From Podarcis pityusensis (Eukaryota), in NCBI GenBank assembly GCA_964106645.2, contig OZ067048.1: a stretch of DNA of 64,000 nucleotides; one strand, 5' to 3'. Both the position numbers and the translations under genes were made by a program. Under the pieces are notes generated by a model that was not told the origin of the DNA, searched no databases, and saw nothing but the letters and a program-made list of their open reading frames with translations. Below are positions 13,537-24,440 of the stretch, piece by piece (position 1 is the stretch's first letter; each line of letters opens with the position of its first letter).

Positions 13537-14743
13537 CTTTGTTCAAACAGCAGAATGTATTTCAAAGCAGTACTATGGAATACCAGAATGAAGGTCTTAG
13601 AGAGAGGCGAGATAGCATTACACTATGCAGTGAGCAGCACTGAAGCTTTACAATTCCATACGGTCATCATTCTCTGTGATAAGAGATATACTAGTGGCCT
13701 CAAAATGCACTACATTTTATCCTAATGACTTCTGGCAACAAACTACTGCCTTTCATACAATTGAGCTTAATGAAGACCATATTTTTTCAGCTTCCTGCCA
13801 ATGCTCATTATAATGCATTTTTTAAATTTTCTGTGATGCAACAGCTAGCTATACGGAACCAAAATATTAATGCAAATTGGCATTTCTAAGTTTAAAGTGG
13901 TCTTTTGCATAACAGAACCAAACGTTGGGAAAGTTGAAAGAGTGTACACAAACACAAGTGACTCTTAACACCATAATTATTACAGAGAGAAATGATGGTT
14001 TGTGCAGAGCATCGCGAGACACATGATAAAGCATCTGACAGCTTGTGACACTGTTATCTCCTGATGCGCTGTGTTCGTATCTTAATATAAAGAGGTTGTC
14101 TGAAAAATACTCGGCGTGCATTTGAACTGATAACAGAAGAAGAAAAGGAGACAGGCTACCAATCAGAAGTTCATAATTTTGAAATGGAAGGGTATTTTTG
14201 CAAATACGGACCTAACTAAAAAGTTATAAGGCACATTTTGACACCCACTCACAGTGAAATATTAACTGTGTAAGCTTATGGTTATTACTAGTTCGATCAT
14301 GTAGATCAGTGACTTTTAGCCTGTGCCATGGTGAACCAAGCTTCATCTTATGTAGCAATATGCATGTTTACTTGGAAAGTAACTCCAACTGTGTTAAATG
14401 CTGCAAGCATGTTTAGGATTGAGCACACTGAAAAGATCCCCAGCTAGAAGTATGCATTGTATCCAGCTCCACACGGATCAAAACAAAAAACACCACCATG
14501 CAGAACTCCTTTTATAATGCAGTTTGGCTGTGCTATGCATGTTTCTTCAAAGCAGGCTACTGCAAGCCTCCCTATGCACCTTGCAACCAGAGATCCAGCT
14601 CAGATTTCTACAGTCGTAGCCATGCAGGATCCAAGCGACCACTAACACCCGCCTGATCCCTTATTGTCTTATTCCAAACTCCCTGAGATTTAGAATGCAA
14701 CCATCTTGCACTGTGACCCTTAACCAGCATAGATTTGCCCATA

Positions 14744-15119
14744 GGACGGGCTGTAGCTCAGTTGGTGGAGCATCTGTTTTGTATGCAAAAGGTTTCTGGC
14801 ATCTCCAGGTTGTACTGGTTGAGAATCCTGCCTGAAACTCCAGAGAGTCGCTGCCACCCAGTGTAGATGTTACTGAGCGATATGGATCAATGGGTATATG
14901 CAGAGGCGGAGCTAGCTGCTCCAGCACCTGGAGTCGCATGCATGCAGTGCACCTGGGGACAGGGCTAGCCGCCCGCGGGGGCGAGCATTCCACGGGGGTG
15001 CCACCTGTGGCAAGCGTCCCATGGGGGCGCCACCCCTAAGGGATAACACCCGAGGCAGACCGCACCCACCGCGCCCCCTTCTTCCGCCAGTGGGTATAAG
15101 GCAGCTTCCTATGGTCCTA
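14744..15119 (+). mobile_element. tRNA-derived SINE with CR1-type 3' tail, interrupted by a hAT element
   Basis: Head gggctgtagctcagttggtggagcatctg and tail tataaggcagcttcctatggtccta. Same family as 42072, 50791 and 52727. Confidence 0.8.
14901..15092. mobile_element. GC-rich non-autonomous hAT element nested in a SINE
   Basis: Imperfect TIR cagaggcggag / ttccgccagtg. 8-bp flanks ggtatatg/ggtataag (7/8). Confidence 0.8.
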
Positions 15120-16131
15120 AGAGATGCTGTCTGTGCTGTGAATGCTGTAAGGGCAGAATATATCTTGCGACAGAAACTCTACTAATTTGCTTCTTGCATG
15201 TGTGAAGTAAATGTGTTTACTCGGACCAGGGGTTGCACTTTTAGTCCCACCGCCATTGTCACTATGTCGCCTTCCTCAAACAACCATGTGTTGTCCACAG
15301 CAACCCGGAAAGAAAGCCACAATGCACAAGCTTGTGATCAGGACACCTGCACAACCACTCTAAATAATCATAATTTTACCCTGTGCATGAAGAGGACTCA
15401 GATCATCCACAAAAGAAAAGTCAGGTGTACATTACAGCCAATGAAGGCATTGCAGGCTGACTCGAGCACACACTGAATAGAAGTTTACATGCGATAGCAG
15501 CTACAGACTTATCTAGGAGTGTTAATAAACAAACAAACAAATCCCAACATACATCAAAAGGGCATTTAAACATGTGATTTGCACAAGTCTCTTTTACATT
15601 TGGCAACCACTCCTAAATGGAAGCTGATTTGGGCTGCAAGAATTACCTGGTCGTGATCCCACAGAAGTCATTGGCAAAACTGATATCATATTCAGTAATG
15701 CAGAGCTGAACATTAAGCTGATCTGTTGTACAGCTGGAATTGCTTACAAAAGCTTCCAGACACTACATGTTAGCATGCCAAGGACTGTGCCTCCAGGTAG
15801 TTTAATTTGGATTTTCAACTGAAGATCCATGAATTTAGTAACAGAGTGAACCTTATAGCTGACTAGTTCAAAGTGTTAAAATAGGCAAACAAAACGTAGC
15901 CATAATGAAAGTAACTGTTACAAAGTAAGAGTGAGGTTTTAATGACCAAAATCCTAAAGTGCAAGTTGTTCTCACTCCTGAAGGGATAATTCTGACTACC
16001 AAAAGAGAAAGGAATGTTGTTTTTAGAAATATGTGTAAGTATCACAGTCAAGGATCAAGCAGATACAAATGTATTTTATACTTCCTTGCCAGAAAAGCTT
16101 ATACTTAAATCAATGCACATACACTCTTGGC

Positions 16132-16366
16132 CAGGGGTCGGCAAGGTTTATTTTGCCTGGGCCGATTCACTCCAACGGAAATCCCTTCTGCACGTGAACA
16201 GATGCGATTTCCGGCGCAGCGGAAGTGAGTTCCTGCGCTGTGCTGGTTTAGAGCAGTGCGTGGGGACTCGCTGAGCGGGCAGCTCGGTTCAGGAGCGGCT
16301 CGGGGGCCGGTTAAACGAGCCCCGTGGGCCACTTGTGGCCCGTGGGCCTTAGGTTGCCTACCCCTG
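16132..16366. mobile_element. Non-autonomous hAT element, copy A
   Basis: TIR caggggtcggcaa / ttgcctacccctg, flanks ctcttggc/ctgttagc. Inverted homologue at 17275. Confidence 0.85.
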
Positions 16367-16408
16367 CTGTTAGCAATTCCTTTAAACCACATATATTACC
16401 ATTTAAAT

Positions 16409-16547
16409 CAGGGGTAGACAATGTGCTGCCCCTCTAGGTGTTGCTGGAATACAACTCCTATTAGCCTTGGCCGGCATTGACAGTGATCAGGAATGATGGG
16501 AGTTGTAGTGGAACAATATCTAGAGGGTACCCCATTGGCTACCCTTA
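16409..16547. mobile_element. Older palindromic hAT MITE
   Basis: caggggtag...ctaccctt ends, internal tacaactcc/gggagttgta arms, flanks atttaaat/ctttaaat. Confidence 0.75.
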
Positions 16548-17097
16548 CTTTAAATAGTAATTCCAAAAACCAACCAAGTACATTAATATTTCTAGGCACA
16601 TCACATTTTCTGTATAGTGAGAATGACACTTACCAATCAATTACTCCCCCCACCCCCTAGCCACCAATCAGTATGGATTTACGCCTCCTTCATCTTTATT
16701 AAGTATTATGTAGCATTACATCTGCACTGAAGTTCATGATAGCGATGGTTAGGCTTAAACCAGAGCTTGACAATATTTGAAGGTTTGCAAATATTGGTTA
16801 AATATTGTTTTACTCTCAGTGCAGGTGTGATATACTTCAGACTGAAAAATGAAGGGAGGGGGGATTCATGCAGGACAGGGGAAGAGGGACCCTGCGGAGA
16901 ACCTCTTGATCCTTATGTTTCGGGCACAGGGGTTCAGTCAGATGAGCTGCATGCAATGTGACAAATATAAATACTTGGTATACAACCCAAAGTGTTCCTC
17001 ACACATTTATTTTTGAAACACAGCAACAGACCAAGTGTGTCTGGAATATAAATCATTATTGCAAATAAATACTGCGCAATTTAAAGAAACAGAGCTG

Positions 17098-17811
17098 CTT
17101 TTGCACACCACACTAAGTCAAACCATCGCTGAGAGAGAATGTTCGTGTGTGCAGGCTCTAGGAGAGGAGATTGTGGCTGCTTTGCCCCTTTCGCCATGCT
17201 AAGTGAAGCCATTCTTTGGCTTAGTGTGTTGCCTGAGTTTAGCTACTCCCCCGGACAAATCACAAGCCTTAAACCAGGGGTCGGCAACCTAAGGTCCATG
17301 GGCCACAAGCGGCACACAGGGGTCGTTTAACCGGCCCCCAAGCCGCCCCCAAACTGAGCTGCCTGCTTGGCGAGTCCCCACATGCTGCACTAAACCGGCG
17401 CTGCGCAGCGACTCGATTCCACGGCGCTGAAAATCGCATCTGCGCAGATGCTGGAAAATGCATCTGCGCATCTGCTGGAAATTGTGGGTGGGCACGCTCA
17501 TGTGCACGATCCGGCCCATGCAGGGATCTCCACTGGAGTGAAATGGCCGAGGTGAGGCAAATCTTGCCAACCCCTGCCTTAAACCATAAGATAAATGTTG
17601 GAAACAGCCCTTGGTTATGCTGCAGGGAGAGTTGTACCATGAGCCGAGGTTCAGACGACACCCTAAACCAGACTATGGCTTGGCTCATTGTGGAGTAGTA
17701 GGAAAACAACTAGGGGAGACTAAAGCATCTGCAAGCTCCACTCCAGGAGCCCTCGCTTGCGGATTCACACTAAGCCATGGTTTGGGCTCAGTGTAGTGTA
17801 TGAACCAGGCC
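17098..17811. mobile_element. Older aaaccatggtt-family element hosting hAT copy B
   Basis: The reverse complement of its right half aligns by eye with 8315-8470 (ggttcac...ctccctagtt...tctgaacct.ggctcat). Confidence 0.6.
17275..17576. mobile_element. Non-autonomous hAT element, copy B, with perfect TSD CCTTAAAC
   Basis: TIR caggggtcggcaa / ttgccaacccctg. TSD at 17267-17274 and 17577-17584. Confidence 0.92.
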
Positions 17812-20800
17812 ACAGAACACTCTTCTAACAGTCTCCAGCTGTTCTTTTGGCATTGGTTTAGCATACTGTATAAATACATCATGGCAGACTTTAGAACTTC
17901 AGCGACAACAATGACTAGATATGTTATTTTCTAGTTCTCAGGCAGACTTTTTAATGAGAAATGTAGGAACGCTCCTCCTGTGGCACAAGCCTCTTGATCT
18001 CCAAGCCAACTAAGAGAGGACTGCTTAGATTTTTGTTTGTTTTCCTTTGGCAAACGTATGGCAACTGTAGTTACTTTCTCTTCTAATAGTACAATCCTGC
18101 ACAAAAACCTAACACAATTGGAACTTTGTTCCAAGTATGTACAGGATCAGACTTCCAGAACTGTGAGAATTAGTCTCAGATCAATATGTTTCTGTTCTGA
18201 TTACTCTGGTTAATCAGTAACAATATTCAGAAGGAGAGGAGTAGCATTTATTATTTACTTCTATTTATTTTATAACCTGATGTTACTCTATATAAATGTA
18301 ATGCACAATAGTGATGCTACAAAACCTGGGTTGCAATAATCAAAGAACTGAACCTTTATCTTGTCCCAGTTCAAACATCAGTTGAGTAGAAAAGTGTTTT
18401 TGGCTTTTCCTGGTTTAAAACTCAGAATGGTCTACTCCTTAAAACTCAAGGTACCATGGAAGTGAAGATGGAATGGATTTCAAAATTTATTTATTGTTGA
18501 TGAACCACTCTCTCTGCTTTGCTATTACTTCCCAAAGGATGGATGTTGGGATATTTAAGCCTGCTCTGCCCTCACCTTGGCCTTCTGAGTTGTTGTTTTT
18601 TTTGCAGCACTCATTCTCCAACCCTTACTATGTAAACACATTGGCTAGTTGCCTTTCTTGGTCAAAGCAAGACTTGGCACAAGAGTTAAAGGGCAGGGAA
18701 GCCTCTGCTTCATTCTGACACAACCCAATTCAGTTCGTGGTCCAGCAAAAGGACACTTTGACCAGAGATAACTTCACTACAAACTCTGCTTCTGCTAACC
18801 TTCAAAGTCCAGAACAACATAGGAACAGAAACACATCTTTTAAAAACCCATTTAATTAGTATGCTCTTGATATGCAAATGCAAAACAAAATTAGCCACCA
18901 CCACTATCCAATGAGTCTAACTTGGAATCATTTTTCAATGTGTGATCTACACTGCTTTATGGGGGAATTCAAGTTAATACATGGTAAACTAGGTAGCATG
19001 TATGTAACAGGGTTCCCTCCTGACTTTGGCTGTGGGTTTCCTCGCTGGACTGATCTAAGCCAATTCCATACAGTAAGATTCTCTCCTTTTACCTGTCTGA
19101 CTATCTCATTTGGCCTGTGAGAACAGAAGATCTTGAAAAACATTGTACGAAACACCTGCCCTTTAATTATGTATCCTATTTAGATTAATCAGTACCTTTC
19201 CCTTACCTTTTTTTCTCCCACCTAACTCTTACTGTAGCCCACTACAGTACATTGGCAATAATGTACAATTTGTCAATCATTCTATGTACATTTGAAATAA
19301 GACGTCAGGACTATGTGACAATTAACCTAGACAGCAAAGTGGTCGTCTGAATGATCTACCGTGCACACAGATCCTAGGTTTACTGTGGCATTTGGTGATG
19401 AATCCAGCTAGACAAAAACAGTTTGTCCATCTTGAATATTTGGATTTCCAAACAGAGGGATTTGCTGACAAAGCACCCTCGAACTCTTATTCTATGAATG
19501 AAAGAAACCTCCAACTGGATCGTGTGAATTGCACCAAGCTTTGTGTATTTCAAGCCCATTCTTTCCATTTTTGCATAACATTTACATATGTGCTTTTGTT
19601 GGTGGTGCTCAAGAGACCACCTGGTGGTATCGACTCTTGCACCAGAATTATTGGTTGGAATGCACTGAGCTGCCAAGAAGGTAGAATATGATAAATGTAA
19701 GCATCAGGGCCTAAATTTGCCTACAGCTTTAGAAGGTTATAATATGCAGATTATAATTCTGAACAGTGATATATAAAAAGGATAAAATTCTAGCAGGTGA
19801 CATTCATTATCAGCTCTGGTACCTGGGTGGGGGAAGAAGGTAGTTTTAACTGACCCCAAGGTAAAACCAGCAATATCTCTATACTATGGGAAAGCATCCA
19901 TATAAACACATGGAACCTATTGCTAATGGACACCAAGTTGACACTGGATATTCTACCCCTTTGTATACATTTTTGGACTGAGTCAAAAAGGGGTATGCCT
20001 GCACCTTTTGCAAACATTTGACATCCTGTAAAAAGTGCCACCACCTCTTTGACGTGGTGCCAAAGGTAGTGGCAGCATTTGTGAAGCCCTGTTTCCAGTG
20101 ATGTTCTCACCCTGATCAGTCTAAACGAGCTTCATTTGCCCTCAATCACATCATAATGTAGCCAAATCTAATTTGCCGTGTGACGCTATCGCCGCTCCTA
20201 CACAGGTGTTTGATGAGACCTATATGCAAACAAAAAATGGCACCACAGCAGCAGCCAATTGAGGCAGCGAACAACAACAAACGCTTTGGAGGGAAAGGCC
20301 CCAACGATGCTGAAAATTTTATGCATTCTTATTAAATACACGTAGATTTTAAGTAAGTTGCAGGGGACCTTTCTCTCCCTCCCCCCATGAAATCCCATGC
20401 CAACTGATGGCACCAAGTGATTTGACTGAATAAGTAAATATGGCAGCAGCAGCAGCAGCTATACATTTTAAGTGCTTGGAATAGATTCTGCAGAACTGTT
20501 TTCTCCTTCAAGCACACATACCTGGGAGTAAGTCCCATCTAACATAGAGGGAGTTACTTTGAGTAAATATGTACAAGATTGTGCTGTTAAAGTCTGATGT
20601 ATTCTAAAACAATTGTTTAGAAATGACAAACAAAAGAAGCACGGTTGCTCCTAGGGTGTGTGTTTAAGATGTATTGTTTTATCATTTAAACACTTCTTTG
20701 ACAATACAGATTTATGTGTCTGTAGAAATAGAAACAGTGCAAATGAGTTTCTGACAATGCAGAATCTACATCAAATGCATGGTTTCGGGATTTTGTAGAG

Positions 20801-22186
20801 TTAATCAAATTCCATCCACATTGGTTTTGAGAGGGGCCATTTTAACAAAGGAGCTTTCCAGTGCAAATCGTAAGGGTGTTTACGAAGAAGGAAGCCCCAC
20901 TGACTTCAATGGAACTTACTTCCTGGTAATAGTGCATAGGATAAGATCAAATGTTCAAAAGGGCTTAATTTATTATGTAGCTCCTTCCTGTTGTAAGTGA
21001 TTTCAAAACTGCATGTGCATATTTCCGACAGCTCCAGTCAAGAAACAGGCTTGCTTTTATTTGCAAGTGCTGGGAAATGGGATTACCATAGGCAAATCAG
21101 AACATATCATATTACTGTCCAACCATTCACATGCTTAGTACTACACAAGGTCTCTTTTTCAGGTGTTAATAGAAAAATCAATTTTGCATCACAACAGCTG
21201 GGATCGTTTTAAATATCACAGCTGTCAGAATTTGAAAATAAGTAATCTGAACCTGGCCGCTGTGTTGGAAATACACTAAAATGAAAATGCAACCGATCTG
21301 TATATATTACCCCCTTTGCCAATCGAACTTCCGGTATCACTGGACAAATATCTAATAACAGGTTTCGGCATTTTAGCCAGCTAAGGCAATGGTAAATGCA
21401 TGGGATTCATTTCCCACATGAAGCAGGTGAGAGGCTCACCAGAGCAACAGTTAAATTATCTGTTTTATGTATATCCTCTTAGTTTAGCTGGAAAAAAATA
21501 ATAATTACAGAAATAGTGCTAACTCTAAAAAAAACCCCAACACCTTGATTTAAAGAACATTCGATCCGTTTATGTAAGTATTTTGCTGCCAAGCCAGTCT
21601 TCCGATTAAGTAATAGATGTGATAAATATCAGGCCTTTGTAATCCTGGAAATTGAGATGCTTGTGTTAAGGCGAAACTCTTCAATTGTTTGTAGTCCGTG
21701 CAGAAACAATTTAACCATTTCTTTCCTAACAGTTAAGCCCTGGAACTATTCTGGGAAGCTATTAATCAAATCAGAATATATCTATAATGGGACTAACTTG
21801 ACTTCCCTCAAACCCAGAGCAAAGGCATTAATTTAAAGACTATAAAGAAGTATGGTAAGAAAGATTTATTTTGAACTAATGATAAACAGCAACAAGAAAC
21901 GTTTTCAATTTCTGAACAGGGAGTGGCCGGATATGAAGCCAGATGAGAAGTCACACCCTCCACCCCAAAGTATGTCATGGGTGGGAGTTGAACGTGCCAC
22001 TCAGGGAACTCTCTTGTGAGCTTGAAGGCACTCTCTCTCTGCATGGCACTTTCCATGAGCTCAAATGCACTGCTCGCTTCATGTGCTCTGGTGCTGAAAG
22101 GGGAACTGGGTCCAGCCTATGGGAACTTGTGCAGAGACCCTCTGAGAACTTGTGTAGCATGGTAACCAACAATGCAATCTCAGAAG

Positions 22187-22312
22187 TCATAGAATTTTAA
22201 AGTTGGAAGGGACCACGAGAGTCATCTAGTCCAACCCACTGCAATGAAGGAATCTTTTTGCCCAGTGCGGAACTCGAACCCACAACCTTTAGAGTCTCAT
22301 GCTATCTGAGTC
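22187..22312 (-). mobile_element. tRNA(Lys)-derived SINE with CR1 tail, degenerate copy
   Basis: Reverse-complement similarity to 63686-63834 (ctcgaacccacaacc, gtcatctagtccaaccc, tcatagaat). Confidence 0.8.
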
Positions 22313-24150
22313 TCTGGTTCAAAAACTGCCCTGGCCACAAAATTCAGCAGGCAGCATAAGGAAAGCTACTATTTGACCCTCCCTCTCGTCTGCACTATGG
22401 GAAGATTTTTGCAATGATTTCTGAGATGAAGTGCTTTGATTACACTGTATATTGCTATTATTAGTTAGGTACAGAGGAATACGAAGGAGTTCTTCATGCT
22501 GCCATCCTTTGTGTGAACTCCCCTGTCGATAAATGGGCACATCAAATGCTGCTGGCATAACCAGATTACCAAAAAGCATCTGCAAGCATTACAAAATGGC
22601 CCATAAAGTTCACCTTGCTGTTAAAACGGTAAGATGCAAATACTGAAATGATTTCATTATTATTAATATTATTACATTTCACAAAGGCACTACGCATCAA
22701 TAACACAACCACCATCCTTTTAATCTTTAGCCACGGAAGAGAACTCTTAAAACAAAACAAAAAGCAAGGCAAGGGAAGTCATTGTTACTGGATGAGGCTT
22801 CATCTTAAAAAGATATCAGAACATGCAATGCTACGTGGAAACTACTGCTTGCATAGAAAACGCCACAAGAAAGCACAGAATTCAGAGAGGAATGGTATAT
22901 TTCTGTGGAATTTAAGATCATATCACTGTGCATTGGATTGTGGCCCATATCTGTGGACCGCGATTCTGAATGCCCCCGCCCCCTGGAAATAAATCCCAGT
23001 GCTCTCAACTTAATTTGCTCTCAAGCTTATTTTGTACAAAGCAAAGGGAGGGGGTGCTTGCATCTGGGCCACCGTGTTTAGGACTTGGGTTCATAAGTGG
23101 ATGCGGTTAAAATAAATAAATAAACGAAAACCATCAGAAACTTTTAGGCAGTACATATCGCAGAAAGTATATTTTCCCCACCTTCTGAATATCCGTTTAC
23201 AACCTGTACTAAAAGCTTCAGCACTAATCAGAGCAAGCAGAAGACATCGCAATGAAAATTACACTAAGTATATTTTCTAGCTGTTTCCATCACTCCCCAC
23301 AACTGCTCACAGAAACAGTCAAAGAATCATGGTGATTCCTCGCCTGTTGGAATTGTTGTAACAGGTGCAGTAGTAATAAAATGTTGGGCAATCAACTTTT
23401 TCACGATGATCTGTCAGTTCAGCTTAATAATGCCATTAAGAATGCAAACATTTCTGCAATTTATATTTAAAAGTCAATAAAATAATGGGGTGCACCACTT
23501 ATCCTTTTTAATTTTTTAAGTAATACATTTGATTATTTTAATCATGTCATCCTTTAACTGGCTGGGCTTAAATATTCAGGCAGTATCAATGTGGATTCCA
23601 CCCCCCCACCCTCCTTTCTTTTTTTTTTAAAAAAGCCATTGAGCAATTCTTTCTTGCTCCCTTTAAAACAGAGACTATTTAGGGACAATCAGCAGACATT
23701 CGACGTTCAGTTGTTCTTAAGGGCAGGGAAATAAGTGAAATAAATCTTTTATTAAAGAGGAAGGGTACTGTAATTGACCATAAAGGAGTGGGAATCTGAA
23801 CCACAGCAGTCAAATAAAATAACTTAGTAATAATAAGGATCAGCTATAAAAACTACCCGAGTGTAATTACAGGGAGTTTAGCTAGCAAGTGCAAAATGTT
23901 TCCTTTTTTAAATGCCAAAAAAAAGGGGAGAGAAAAGAAAATGTTAATATTATAGACTCTCCCATTATAATCTGCAGTATTACTAGTGCTCAAGGTTTGT
24001 TAGTCTATAATTCTCAGTGAATCGCCTACAGAGGTGAAAAAGCCAAGTCAAATGTTAGCCTGGATTGTTAACATCCTCTTTGCATTTTGCAGGTCAGCTA
24101 CAATAGAAGCAGCTGGAATCTAACATTCTCCACGCTGCCCCACCAATTAC

Positions 24151-24440
24151 TTCAACACTGCCTTCTCACTGGACGAGTGTAATTTGGTCTCTATGAAAGC
24201 TCAGCTCTGGGTCCCTTGAGGACGGCAAGCAAAGACTACATATTTCAGGGGTGTCTGAGCAGAGACACATCGCAACCCTGCTTTTTCATTTGCCAGGCTT
24301 CAGACTAGCCCTTTTTGGCTTGAGCTTGGTTCAATGCCGAAACACACCTTCTCTTGCAACAACCAGGTTTTGTACACTGGGATATTTATAGCAGCTGCGC
24401 TCTTGCTTAGGCACCTATTAAAAACGGTGCAGGTGTAGTA
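24151..24440 (-). promoter_or_regulatory. Candidate TATA-containing internal promoter or alternative first exon
   Basis: Minus strand has E-box CAGCTG (24397-24392) next to TATAAATA (24390-24383), ATGs at 24289 and 24270, and a possible donor GAA|gtaatt at 24151/24150. Confidence 0.35.

Noticed and set aside
20446-20460. Short (CAG)n run as a counterpart of the human TCF4 CTG18.1 repeat
   Set aside because: Only about 4-5 units, and the human repeat lies in a far more 5' intron.
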